A DNA stretch of 64,000 bases from the human T2T-CHM13v2.0 reference genome, Homo sapiens. Both the position numbers and the translations under genes were made by a program. Numbering within the stretch: position 1 is the stretch's first letter; the number at the start of each line of letters is the position of its first letter. The stretch is taken from assembly GCF_009914755.1 (NCBI RefSeq), contig NC_060927.1. One strand, 5' to 3'. This document shows, piece by piece, positions 1-11,422 of this stretch. A model generated the notes under the pieces. The model saw only the letters and a list, made by a program, of their open reading frames with translations. It had not been told where the DNA came from and searched no databases.

Positions 1-506
1 AAACAACAACAACAGAAGTCAAATGATATGAACACAGACTGCTCTAATGGGAAGAAGAAATTCAGACCAGCTGGTTGTTAACCTTCAGCCAAGACAAAAC
101 CTCAGTTCAGCTACTTACCTAGGGATGGGTCTCAGGCTGAAGACTGCTCTCTACCATCCTTGAAGCAGGAAAAAAACTCGAACTTGTCTTCCCTGCTGGG
201 AGCAAGCTCAAACTCCATAAAAGAGTTGTCAGCCTTCCATCATCACGGACCCAGGAAATCTTGCCTTCCTTCTTGGAAGCAAATAAAACTCCAAAAGAAG
301 GGGAGGGGGAGTTGTACATCAAATAAACTTTAGATCACGACCAAGTTTTGAGAGATCAGGGACTCTCTGGAGGGGGTGCTCCCAGACCTCAGCAAATTGT
401 CCTGTTGGTTTGAGCCATAAGGTTAGCTCATGCTGCTACCAAGCACCAATAGATCTGTCAAAGGTCAGGGGCACCTCAACTCAGAATCCCTCCATGGTTA
501 CCAAAA
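1..506 (-). mobile_element. ERV1 (MER4-type) proviral leader/internal sequence running off the left edge, with a tRNA-Arg-like primer-binding site at 484-503
   Basis: It directly follows the LTR end on the minus strand (…GGTTCACA|TTTTGGTAACCATGGAGGGATTC). The plus-strand 20-mer GAATCCCTCCATGGTTACCA resembles a tRNA-Arg(TCG) 3' end plus CCA, as recalled. Confidence 0.6.
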
Positions 507-958
507 TGTGAACCCCCCAAATCTGAGACAGGTCTCAGTTAATTTAGAAAGTTTATTGTTCCAAGGTTGAAGATGCACACCCGTGACACAGCCTCAGGAT
601 GTCCTGACGACATGTGCCAAGGTGGTCATACGTTTTAGGGAGACATGAGACATCAATCAACACATGTAAGATGAACATTGGTTCAGTCTGGAAAAGGCCG
701 GGCAACGCCAAGCAAACGTGGGACAACTCGCAGCCAGGAGAAAGCTTCCAGGTCACAGGTGGGTGAGAGACAAAGGTCGCATTCTTTTGAGTTTCTGATG
801 GGCCTTTCCAAAGAAGGCAATCAGATATGCATCTATCTCAGTGAGCAGGGGGTGATTTTGAATAGAATGGGGGGCAGGTCGGCCCTAAGCCATTCCCGGC
901 TTGACTTTCCCCTTTAGCTTAGTGACTTTGGGGGCCCAAGATTTATTTTCCTTTCACA
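507..958 (-). mobile_element. MER4A-like ERV1 5' LTR
   Basis: Minus strand starts TGTGAAAGGAAAATAAATCTTGGGCCCCCAAAGTCACTAAGCTAAAGGG and ends …CACA (TG..CA termini). It resembles the MER4A/MER4A1 consensus as recalled. Confidence 0.7.
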
Positions 959-1048
959 AAACAATAAACATAACAAATAAGTGAATTATAGAAAGGTGAA
1001 AACTATGGAAAAAAAAGAAAAACAGGGAGAAAGAATCCTGAACACTGA

Positions 1049-1341
1049 CGTGGGGAGGGCAGGTGCCAGCTGCAGTACTAAATAGCAGAGGGGAGGGCAG
1101 GTGCCAGCTGCAGTACTAAATACTGGTGTGGGGAGGGCAGGTGCCAGCTGCAGTACTAAATACTGCTGTGCGGAGGGCAGGTGCCAGCTGCAGTACTAAA
1201 TAGCAGAGGGGAGGGCAGGTGCCAGCTGCAGTACCAAATACTGGTGTGGGGAGGGCAGGTGCCAGCTGCAGTGCGTGGGGAGGGCAGGTGCCAGCTGCAG
1301 TGTGTGGGGAGGGCAGGTGCCAGCTGCAGTACTAAATAGCG
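1049..1341. repeat. Minisatellite, 8 copies of core GGAGGGCAGGTGCCAGCTGCAGT (unit ~30-43 bp)
   Basis: The core is read directly 8 times, with variable ACTAAATA(GCAGAG/CTGGTGT) spacers. Confidence 0.95.
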
Positions 1342-1919
1342 GGGGAAGATTTTTTTCTGAGCAACTTTGAGTCACTGCTCACATCTCATGCCAATGTATT
1401 AATCCCAAGTCAAGGGTCAGATGAGGCACTCGGATCTCTCCAGTTGCCAACACAGCTCTTCCAAGTGTACTTTACTTCCTTTCATTCCTGCTCTAAAACT
1501 TTATTTATGTATTTATTTTTGAGACAGAATCTTGCTCTGTCGCCTGGGCTGGAGTGCAGTGGCACAATCCCAGTTCACTGCAACCTCTGCCTCTGGGATC
1601 AGGCAATTCTCCTGCCTCAGCTTCCTAAGCAGCTGGGATAACAGGTGTGCACCACCGTGCTTGGCTAATTTTTTTTTTTCTTTTTTCGTATTTTTAGTAG
1701 AGATGGGGTTTCACCATATTAGCCACGATGGTCTCGTACTTCTGACCTCAGGTGATCCACCTGCTTTAGCCCCCCAAAGTGCTGGGATTACAGGTGTGAG
1801 CCACCACGCCCAGCCCTGGCCAACTTTTGTTTTTTTTGAGACAGAGTTTCATTCTTATTGCCCAGGCTGGAGTGCGATGGCCCAATCTTGGCTCACTGCA
1901 ACCTCTGCCTCCCAGGTTT

Positions 1920-2294
<375 letters not shown>

Positions 2295-3179
2295 TGATCT
2301 CTAATACCAACTCTTGGGGTCCAAATGGGTCCCCACTGGTTTCAAATGTTGAGCATGCACAGATTATGTGGATGAGAACTTGCCAGGTGGGCTTACCGAA
2401 GGAGACGTGGTAAGAATCGCCTACATTTGCCAGGCCCTGAGGACAGGCCCTCTCCACACCGAGGCTTATTTCCTTGGGTTGCAGAAGAGGAAACGCCAGG
2501 GAGCCCAGTATTCTTTGGTTCATTCACTTCTTTTTTATGTTGTAACCTACATACTGTAAACTACGCCCAGCTTAAGTAGCGTATACCCTGATGAATTTTT
2601 ATGTACGTATGTATCCCCAGGATGTATCCGACACTCAGGTCAAGATACAGAACGTGCTCAGCACCTCAACAGGTGCCCTTGTGTTCCCTTCCAGTCAAGC
2701 CCCCACTTGCCACCACAGAATGGAACAATCATTTTTTTTTATTTTTTATTTTTTATTTTTTTTTTTTTTTTAGAGACAGGGTCTCGCTCTGTCTCCAAAG
2801 CTGGAGTGCAGCTCCATCATGGTTCACTGCAGCCTCCGCCTCCTGGGTTTGAGCGATCCTCCCATTTCAGTGTAACCACCATTCTTATCTCTATCACCAT
2901 AGATTAGCTCTGCATGTCTTTGAACTTCATATAAATGGAATCATGCATAGATAGGCTCTTTTGTGTCTGGATTCTCTCTGTTAACACTGTGTCTGTGAGA
3001 CTCACTCACGCTGTGTGTAGTATTATGCTTCATCCTTTTTTGTTGTTGCATAGTATTCCACTGTATAAATATACCACAATTTATTTGTCTGTTTTCCAAT
3101 TGCTGTGCATTTGGATTGTTTTGTTTTTCACTATTTTGAATAAAGCTGCTATGAACATCCTTGTATATGTCTTGGGTAT

Positions 3180-3332
3180 ACAGATGGTCCTGGCTTACAA
3201 TGATTGGATTTAAAATTGTTTGACTTTATGATGGGCTTATCAGGGTATTAAATGTGTTTCTGACTTACAGTATTTTTGACTTACCACGTGTTTATTGGGA
3301 CGTAACCCCTTCCTAAGATGAAGAGCATCTGT
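3180..3332. mobile_element. Short TcMar-Tigger MITE (Tigger5/MER47-like) next to an old antisense L1 fragment
   Basis: Terminal inverted repeats TACAGATGGTC…GAGCATCTGTA with TA flanks. Confidence 0.55.
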
Positions 3333-3930
3333 ATACATCCAGAATCCTGTGGAGCAACTCATAACCCATGAGGAATGGAAGCCGACAGACAGACTCATCC
3401 CCAGGACAGATGGTTCTCACTACATCTCATAAAGCTTCTTAGAAGATCTTACAGGATTGAGCAACCAGCCAGCCACAGCAGGGGCCAACTGGATAACACG
3501 TCTTTGCACAGGCTCTCCCTCTGTCCCTGTCACCCTCCCCTTTTCCTAACCTTGTTCCTTGGGATTATGTTTTGAAATAAATTATTCAGAGAAATGAAGC
3601 CAAAGCTGACCCATTAGCCAATAGCTAGGTTCTGTGATGACAGAGCTTCTGGGCTATAATCGTTTACTGAGAAGCCAGCGTTCCTGAGGGGATAATGGCT
3701 CGTTCCATTCAGCTGCAGCATAGGAGTGAGGGCAGGGCATTAGCAGAAGATAACACCAGAAACGTGCTCTGGGGCCTGTTGATGACTTTCTGTGCCAAGC
3801 GTAGACATTTAGCCTTTATTCTGTATGTGATGGGAAGCCAGTGCCAGTGGTGGGTTTGAGCAGGGAACCAGCAACCAGTGGTGGGTTTGAGCAGGGAACC
3901 AGCAATACTCAAGCTCTGCTTGGATGGAGG

Positions 3931-6900
3931 CCAGTCAGGGAGGAGTTAGGGCAGGAGGACCAGTCAGGGAGGAGACTTAGGGCAGGAGGACCAGTCAGGG
4001 AGGAGACTTAGGGCAGGAGGACTGGTCAGGGAGGAGTTAGGGCTGGAGGACGGGTCAGGGAGGAGACTTAGGGTAGGAGGACTGGTCAGGGAGGAGACTT
4101 AGGGCAGGAGGACTGGTCAGGGAGGAGACTTAGGGCAGGAGGACTGGTCAGGGAGGAGACTTAGGGCAGGAGGACTGGTCAGGGAGGAGACTTAGGGCAG
4201 GAGGACTGGTCAGGGAGGAGACTTAGGGTAGGAGGACTGGTCAGGGAGGAGACTTAGGGTAGGAGGACCGGTCAGGGAGGAGACTTAGGGCAGGAGGACT
4301 GGTCAGGGAGGAGACTTAGGGCAGGAGGACTGGTCAGGGAGGAGACTTAGGGCAGGAGGACTGGTCAGGGAGGAGACTTAGGGCAGGAGGACTGGTCAGG
4401 GAGGAGACTTAGGGCAGGAGGACTGGTCAGGGAGGAGACTTAGGGTAGGAGGACCGGTCAGGGAGGAGACTTAGGGCAGGAGGACGGGTCAGGGAGGAGA
4501 CTTAGGGCAGGAGGACTGGTCAGGGAGGAGACTTAGGGCAGGAGGACCGGTCAGGGAGGAGACTTAGGGCAGGAGGACTGGTCAGGGAGGAGACTTAGGG
4601 CAGGAGGACTGGTCAGGGAGGAGACTTAGGGTAGGAGGACTGGTCAGGGAGGAGACTTAGGGCAGGAGGACTGGTCAGGGAGGAGACTTAGGGCAGGAGG
4701 ACGGGTCAGGGAGGAGACTTAGGGTAGGAGGACTGGTCAGGGAGGAGACTTAGGGCAGGAGGACCGGTCAGGGAGGAGACTTAGGGCAGGAGGACTGGTC
4801 AGGGAGGAGACTTAGGGCAGGAGGACTGGTCAGGGAGGAGACTTAGGGTAGGAGGACCGGTCAGGGAGGAGACTTAGGGCAGGAGGACGGGTCAGGGAGG
4901 AGACTTAGGGCAGGAGGACTGGTCAGGGAGGAGACTTAGGGTAGGAGGACTGGTCAGGGAGGAGACTTAGGGCAGGAGGACTGGTCAGGGAGGAGTTAGG
5001 GCAGGAGGACTGGTCAGGGAGGAGACTTAGGGCTGGAGGACTGGTCAGGGAGGAGTTAGGGCAGGAGGACTGGTCAGGGAGGAGTTAGGGCAGGAGGATC
5101 GGTCAGGGAGGAGTTAGGGCTGGAGGACTGGTCAGGGAGGAGTTAGGGCAGGAGGACTGGTCAGGGAGGAGTTAGGGCAGGAGGACCGGTCAGGGAGGAG
5201 TTAGGGGAGGAGGACGGGTCAGGGAGGAGTTAGGGCAGGGGGACAGGTCAGGGAGGAGTTAGGGCTGGAGGATCGGTCAGGGAGGAGTTAGGGCTGGAGG
5301 ACGGGTCAGGGAGGAGTTAGGGCAGGAGGACTGGTCAGGGAGGAGTTAGGGGAGGAGGACGGGTCAGGGAGGAGACTTAGGGCAGGAGGACAGGTCAGGG
5401 AGGAGTTAGGGGAGGAGGACGGGTCAGGGAGGAGACTTAGGGCAGGAGGACAGGTCAGGGAGGAGTTAGGGGAGGAGGACGGGTCAGGGAGGAGTTAGGG
5501 CTGGAGGACGGGTCAGGGAGGAGTTAGGGCAGGAGGACTGGTCAGGGAGGAGTTAGGGGAGGAGGACGGGTCAGGGAGGAGACTTAGGGCAGGAGGACAG
5601 GTCAGGGAGGAGTTAGGGGAGGAGGACGGGTCAGGGAGGAGACTTAGGGCAGGAGGACAGGTCAGGGAGGAGTTAGGGGAGGAGGACGGGTCAGGGAGGA
5701 GTTAGGGCTGGAGGACGGGTCAGGGAGGAGTTAGGGCAGGAGGACTGGTCAGGGAGGAGTTAGGGGAGGAGGACGGGTCAGGGAGGAGACTTAGGGCAGG
5801 AGGACAGGTCAGGGAGGAGTTAGGGGAGGAGGACGGGTCAGGGAGGAGTTAGGGCAGGAGGACTGGTCAGGGAGGAGTTAGGGCTGGAGGACCGGTCAGG
5901 GAGGAGTTAGGGCTGGAGGACAGGTCAGGGAGGAGACTTAGGGCAGGAGGACGGGTCAGGGAGGAGTTAGGGCTGGAGGACTGGTCAGGGAGGAGTTAGG
6001 GCAGGAGGACTGGTCAGGGAGGAGTTAGGGCAGGAGGACGGGTCAGGGAGGAGTTAGGGCAGGAGGACTGGTCAGGGAGGAGTTAGGGCTGGAGGACCGG
6101 TCAGGGAGGAGTTAGGGCTGGAGGACAGGTCAGGGAGGAGACTTAGGGCAGGAGGACGGGTCAGGGAGGAGTTAGGGCTGGAGGACTGGTCAGGGAGGAG
6201 TTAGGGCAGGAGGACTGGTCAGGGAGGAGTTAGGGCAGGAGGACTGGTCAGGGAGGAGTTAGGGGAGGAGGACCGGTCAGGGAGGAGTTAGGGCAGGAGG
6301 ACTGGTCAGGGAGGAGTTAGGGCAGGAGGACTGGTCAGGGAGGAGTTAGGGCAGGAGGACAGGTCAGGGAGGAGTTAGGGCAGGAGGACCGGTCAGGGAG
6401 GAGACTTAGGGCAGGAGGACTGGTCAGGGAGGAGTTAGGGCAGGAGGACTGGTCAGGGAGGAGTTAGGGCAGGAGGATCGGTCAGGGAGAAGTTAGGGCT
6501 GGAGGACGGGTCAGGGAGGAGACTTAGGGCAGGAGGACTGGTCAGGGAGGAGTTAGGGCAGGAGGACTGGTCAGGGAGGAGTTAGGGCAGGAGGACCGGT
6601 CAGGGAGGAGACTTAGGGCAGGAGGACTGGTCAGGGAGGAGTTAGGGCAGGAGGACTGGTCAGGGAGGAGTTAGGGGAGGAGGACCGGTCGGAGGAGTTA
6701 GGGCTGGAGGACCGGTCAGGGAGGAGTTAGGGCAGGAGGATCGGTCAGGGAGGAGTTAGGGCAGGAGGACTGGTCAGGGAGGAGTTAGGGCAGGAGGATC
6801 GGTCAGGGAGGAGTTAGGGCTGGAGGACTGGTCAGGGAGGAGTTAGGGCTGGAGGACTGGTCAGGGAGGAGTTAGGGCAGGAGGACGGGTCAGGGAGGAG

Positions 6901-7345
6901 ACTTAGGGCAGGAGGACTGGTCAGGGAGGAGTTAGGGCTGGAGGACTGGTCAGGGAGGAGTTAGGGCAGGAGGACTGGTCAGGGAGGAGTTAGGGCAGGA
7001 GGACCGGTCAGGGAGGAGTTAGGGCAGGAGGACTGGTCAGGGAGGAGTTAGGGCAGGAGGACCGGTCAGGGAGGAGTTAGGGCTGGAGGACTGGTCAGGG
7101 AGGAGTTAGGGCAGGAGGACTGGTCAGGGAGGAGTTAGGGCAGGAGGACTGGTCAGGGAGGAGTTAGGGCAGGAGGACTGGTCAGGGAGGAGTTAGGGCA
7201 GGAGGACCGGTCGGAGGAGTTAGGGCAGGAGGACCGGTCAGGGAGGAGTTAGGGCAGGAGGACCGGTCAGGGAGAAGTCAGGGCAGGAGGACTGGTCAGG
7301 GAGAAGTCAGGGCAGGAGGCCTGTCTGGGAGGAGTTAGGGTACGA
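3931..7345. repeat. 3.4-kb G-rich VNTR, ~113 units of 29 bp (GGGAGGAGTTAGGGCAGGAGGACTGGTCA) or 31 bp (GGGAGGAGACTTAGGGCAGGAGGACTGGTCA)
   Basis: Read directly; copy number is estimated from array length divided by ~30. Confidence 0.98.
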
Positions 7346-8452
7346 GGACCAGTTAGGAGGCAGTGACTTAGGACTTCAGCAGTGGCACTAGAAAGGGGAT
7401 GGATATGAACGACATTGCAAAGTAAAACTAGAGAGACGGCCGGGCACAGTGGCTCACTCCTGTAATCCCAGCACTTTGGGAGGGCAAGGCGGGTGGATCA
7501 TGAGGTCAGGAGATCGAGACCAGCCTGGCCAACATGGTGAAACCCTATCTCTACTAAAAAAAAAAAAAAAAATAGCCAGGCGTGGTGGCGGGCGCCTGTA
7601 ATCCCAGCTACTCCAGAGGCTGAGGCAGGAGAATTTGCTTGAACCAGGGAGTCGGAAGTTGCAGTGAGCTGAGATCGCACCACTGCACTCCAGCCTGGGC
7701 AATAGAGTGAGACTCCGTCTCAATAACAAAACAAACAAACAAAAAACTAGAGAGACTTGGCACCTTGCAGAGAGAAGCAAAAGATGACCCTGAGGTCTGG
7801 AGTCCAGGAAGCCAAGGACAGCAAAAGCATCCACAGAAACAGGAAAACGGCAGGTGTGGGAGGGAAGGTGAGAGGTTCATCAGACTCCACAGCCCCTGGC
7901 AGCGCCTCCTGGATCTTTGAAATCCTGTGCACCCCAGGAGACTCCGGGAGGCCCATCTGAGCTCACCGGAGACAGGTCTGCCGTCTCTCCTCTCATCACT
8001 GGGGACAGAAAGCCTGAACATGAGGCCTGGACTACGGGGCTCAGACCAGAATATTTCCAGACTTAAGGGCAGTAATGTGGAGCCCAGGAAGGAATATTGA
8101 GGACAGAGGGCACATTACTTAGCTCAAGGGGTGCTGGGTTCTTATTTTCTACTTTCAAGAAATGTTTGCTATAGTCACTCTAACCACCACAAAACAGTGA
8201 ATAATACCATGAGCCAAATGTATGTTTCACAATTTGTATGGCTGATTCTACGCACATTTAAATGTGTTTATGACAATTGTAGATTTCGGTTTTCCTCTGG
8301 TTAAACCAATGTGGAAGTACACAGGATGGGAGCTGAGAGACAAGCATCCTGGGCCCAGCCATGCTGGCCTCAGTGGGCCAAGCTGGGGACAGATGACCTC
8401 TGCTCCGTGGATCCTGCTGGCTCAGGGTGGGGAAGGGGCCTCAGGAGAGGAG

Positions 8453-8530
8453 TCAGGCTCTCTTCTTTATTCTCCTCACAGCCATGGTGAATGGCATTCC
8501 TGGGAGGCTGGTTTGGAGAACTCGCTGAAC
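8453..8530 (-). CDS. SMBD1P: SMB-domain gene, predicted last coding exon 4 (VQRVLQTSLPGMPFTMAVRRIKKRA*)
   Basis: Acceptor CTTCACTTCCTGCTCACTTAG|GTT; phase 0 matches the exon 3 donor; 78 nt ending in TGA at 8453-8455. Confidence 0.7.
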   Translation of the reverse strand, partial: VQRVLQTSLPGMPFTMAVRRIKKRA

Positions 8531-8599
8531 CTAAGTGAGCAGGAAGTGAAGGTCTGTTCCCACCTGTGCCTGTGTTCCCAGATAGCAGCTGCCTCCAGG

Positions 8600-9470
8600 A
8601 GACTCACCAGGAGCCAGGTCCCTCCATACCTGATCTCAATTAACTCACTCACCAGGAGCCAGGTCCCTCCATACCTGACCTCAATTAACTCACTCACCAG
8701 GAGCCAGGTCCCTCCATACCTCACTCACCAGCAGCCAGGTCCCTCCACACCTCATCTCAATTAACTCACTCACCAGGAGCCAGGTCCCTCCACACCGGGT
8801 CTCAATTCACTCACTCGCCAGGAGCCAGGTCCCTCCATACCTCATCTCAATTAACTCACTCACCAGGAGCCAGGTCCCTCCACACCTCATCTCAATTAAC
8901 TCACTCACCAGGAGACAGGTCCCTCCATACATCATCTCAATTAACTCACTCACCAGGAGCCAGGTCCCTCCACACCGGGTCTCAATTCACTCACTCACCA
9001 GGCGCCAGGTCCCTCCACACCTCATCTCAATTAACTCACTCACCAGGAGCCAGGTCCCTCCATACCTCATCTCAATTAACTCACTCACCAGGAGCCAAGT
9101 CCCTCCAAACCTGATCTCAATTCACTCACTCACCAGGAGCCAGGTCCCTCCATACCTCATCTCAATTCACTCACTCACCAGGAGACAGGTCCCTCCATAC
9201 CTCATCTCAATTCACTCACTCACCAGGAGCCAAGTCCCTCCACACCGGGTCTCAATTAACTCACTCGCCAGGAGCCAGGTCCCTCCATAATGGATCTCAA
9301 TTAACTCACTCACCAGGAGCCAGGTCCCTCCACACCTCATTTCAATTAACTCAGTCACCAGGAGACAGGTCCCTCCATACCTCATCTCAATTAACTCACT
9401 CATCAGGAGCCAGTCCTCTCCATACCTGATCTCAGTTACCTCACTCACCAGTAGCCAGGCCTCTCCAGAC
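8600..9470. repeat. 45-bp VNTR (~19 copies; CTCACCAGGAGCCAGGTCCCTCCATACCTCATCTCAATTAACTCA) in intron 3 of the SMB gene
   Basis: Read directly; the ORF track shows 15-aa periodicity (LTRSQVPPYLISINS). Confidence 0.97.
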
Positions 9471-9827
9471 CTGGCTTAATTCTCACTACACTTAATTCAA
9501 TTAATTCTCACTATAGCCCTATCAGACAAACTCTAGGATACACATGAGGATACAGAGTCTCAGAAAGGCTGAGAAAGTGGCTTGAGGTCACCTAGGTGGT
9601 AAGTGGTAGAGCTAGGAGTTGAAGGCAAGTCTGACTCTCAAGTCCACGCTCGTTCCATTGCACTATCTGCTTTTCTTTCTCCCCAAAGCCACAATATGCC
9701 ACGATGCGGCCCAAGGCCTCTCCTCCAGTACCGTGCTGAGGGCTCTGAACAGATCAGGGCTGAAGCCAAGATGTCATCCAGTGCAATACCCACATGACCT
9801 CCGTGAATATCTACCCTGCCTTAACAC

Positions 9828-10480
9828 TGTTTATCTTTAGGAAGCAGGATGCCTGAGGTCCAAACTTCTCCCTGGTGATCAAACCAGCTAAGACTGATGG
9901 AATCCAAGATGGCAGCTCATTTGACCTCTAACTTCATTATAATCTAATTTCCATGTTAAATGACAGTCCCACTAACACCGTAACAGTCAACAACCAACAT
10001 GACAATGATGGGAAAAAATAACATAAAAAAACAAATAGGAAGGTGGCACTCTGGTTTTGAAAATTTCTCCACCCAGACCCAGAAAACACATGATTCCTCC
10101 CCTTGCTTTTTTCATTTTTATTTTTGTAGAGATGGGGGTGTATCACTATGTTGACCAGGATGGTCTCGAACTCCTGGTCTCAGCAATCCTCTCATTTTGG
10201 CCTCCCAAAGTTCTGGGTTTATGGGAGTGAGCCATTGCACCTGGCCACTCCTCCCCTTGCTTTTAATGCTCAGCCCCTTCACTAAAGATGCCCTGTATCT
10301 GTGACTTCCTGGGTCTCACGAGCAGAAAAGTTGATTTGTGAGCCAAGCTCTCACTTCTCAATTCCATGGCCACCAAATAAAGCCTGCACTGCTTGAGGCT
10401 CACTTTCGGTTTTGCATATTGGCTTCATGGCACCAAACAGGGAAAGACCCCATTTTAGGGAAAGTGGCTTTGTCAGTAAC
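9828..10480 (+). mobile_element. Old ERV1-type solo LTR (MER41/MER66-like) containing an Alu monomer
   Basis: CCAAGATGGC…TGACCTCT…CATTATAATCTAATTTCCATG motif, AATAAA at ~10376 and a terminal …GTAACA. Subfamily is uncertain. Confidence 0.45.
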
Positions 10481-10849
10481 AAGGACACAGAAGGAAAGAA
10501 ATGGAGGATGATTTAGGGCAGAAGTCAGCAAACTATGGTCTATGGGCCAAATCTGGCCACTGCCTGTTTTTGTGCAACTCATAGGCTAAGAATGTTTTCT
10601 ACATTTTTAGATGGTAGGAGAAGAACAAAAGAGGAAGAATGTTTTGTCACAAAAGTATATGAGATTCAAATTTCAGTGTCCACAGACGGCAATCCTGGCT
10701 CCTACCCCTAAAACAATCATTGCAGTGGAGCTCTGCCCTAGCTACGGCCCCTTTCTTCTTTTGGTTCCCTGACTTTGGGGCCTGGAGGGCACAAAGGCAA
10801 GGAGCAGGCTGCCATCCACCCCTTCTTAGAGAACCTGCAGGGAGCTCAC

Positions 10850-10944
10850 CATGCTCTGCATCCAGTCTAGGTGGCTCCTAGCGGGGCTTGGTGGGTTCTC
10901 CATCCTCAGCACCATCTGCAGCACCATCTTGGTCATCTGAGAAG
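10850..10944 (-). CDS. SMBD1P: SMB-domain gene exon 3 (ASQMTKMVLQMVLRMENPPSPARSHLDWMQSM)
   Basis: Acceptor TTGTGTTTCTCTCAG|CT and donor ATG|GTGAGC; 95 nt, phase 1 to phase 0, open. Confidence 0.75.
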
Positions 10945-11422
10945 CTGAGAGAAACACAAGGTAAATGTTCCTGTCCTCATTTCTGCCTCCCAACCCCACT
11001 GCTGCTGCTCAATGTCCCCAGTATCTCTCTGCAGACTCCTGTGTGCCCTCAAAAGTCTACACGGTACCAGTCAAGAGACATCCATACTGCAAGATGATAG
11101 AAAGGTAAGTGGAACCCAACCACCTCACTCTCTACCCTCATGTCTACCACGGACAGCTGAACCTCTCCCTGTGGAACCTGGAAAAGTAGCTCAGAGAGGA
11201 GTAGCAGGTGGCAAGGAACATCAGGGAAACAAAGCTAGAAGGAGCATGTAGGCACCTTTGACCTGAAATAGACAAGATGCAAGATCTCAGGATTGTCAGG
11301 GACCTTAGGAACCATCTAGGCCACATCCCGGCTTTGGCCTGAAGTGCAGGCAAAGGGTTTGCCTCTGCCAGCCATAGCATCCAGCTTTGCTGTCGGTGGA
11401 ATCGGGCCTGTATGTGAGTTAC

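Noticed and set aside
484-503. tRNA gene
   Set aside because: Only a 20-nt match including CCA, next to an LTR, so it is a retroviral PBS.
3931-9470. Regular repeat arrays as CRISPR or true interstitial telomere
   Set aside because: Units are directly tandem with no unique spacers, there are no cas genes and the DNA is primate. TTAGGG never occurs as (TTAGGG)n.
9660-10849. Alternative final exons for the SMB gene (acceptor at ~10782; open frame at ~9670-9760; read-through MVSSLQVL*)
   Set aside because: One needs a 68-nt intron and another lacks an in-phase acceptor. The 8530 exon has a better acceptor, the right phase and a more protein-like sequence. They are not excluded as minor isoforms.
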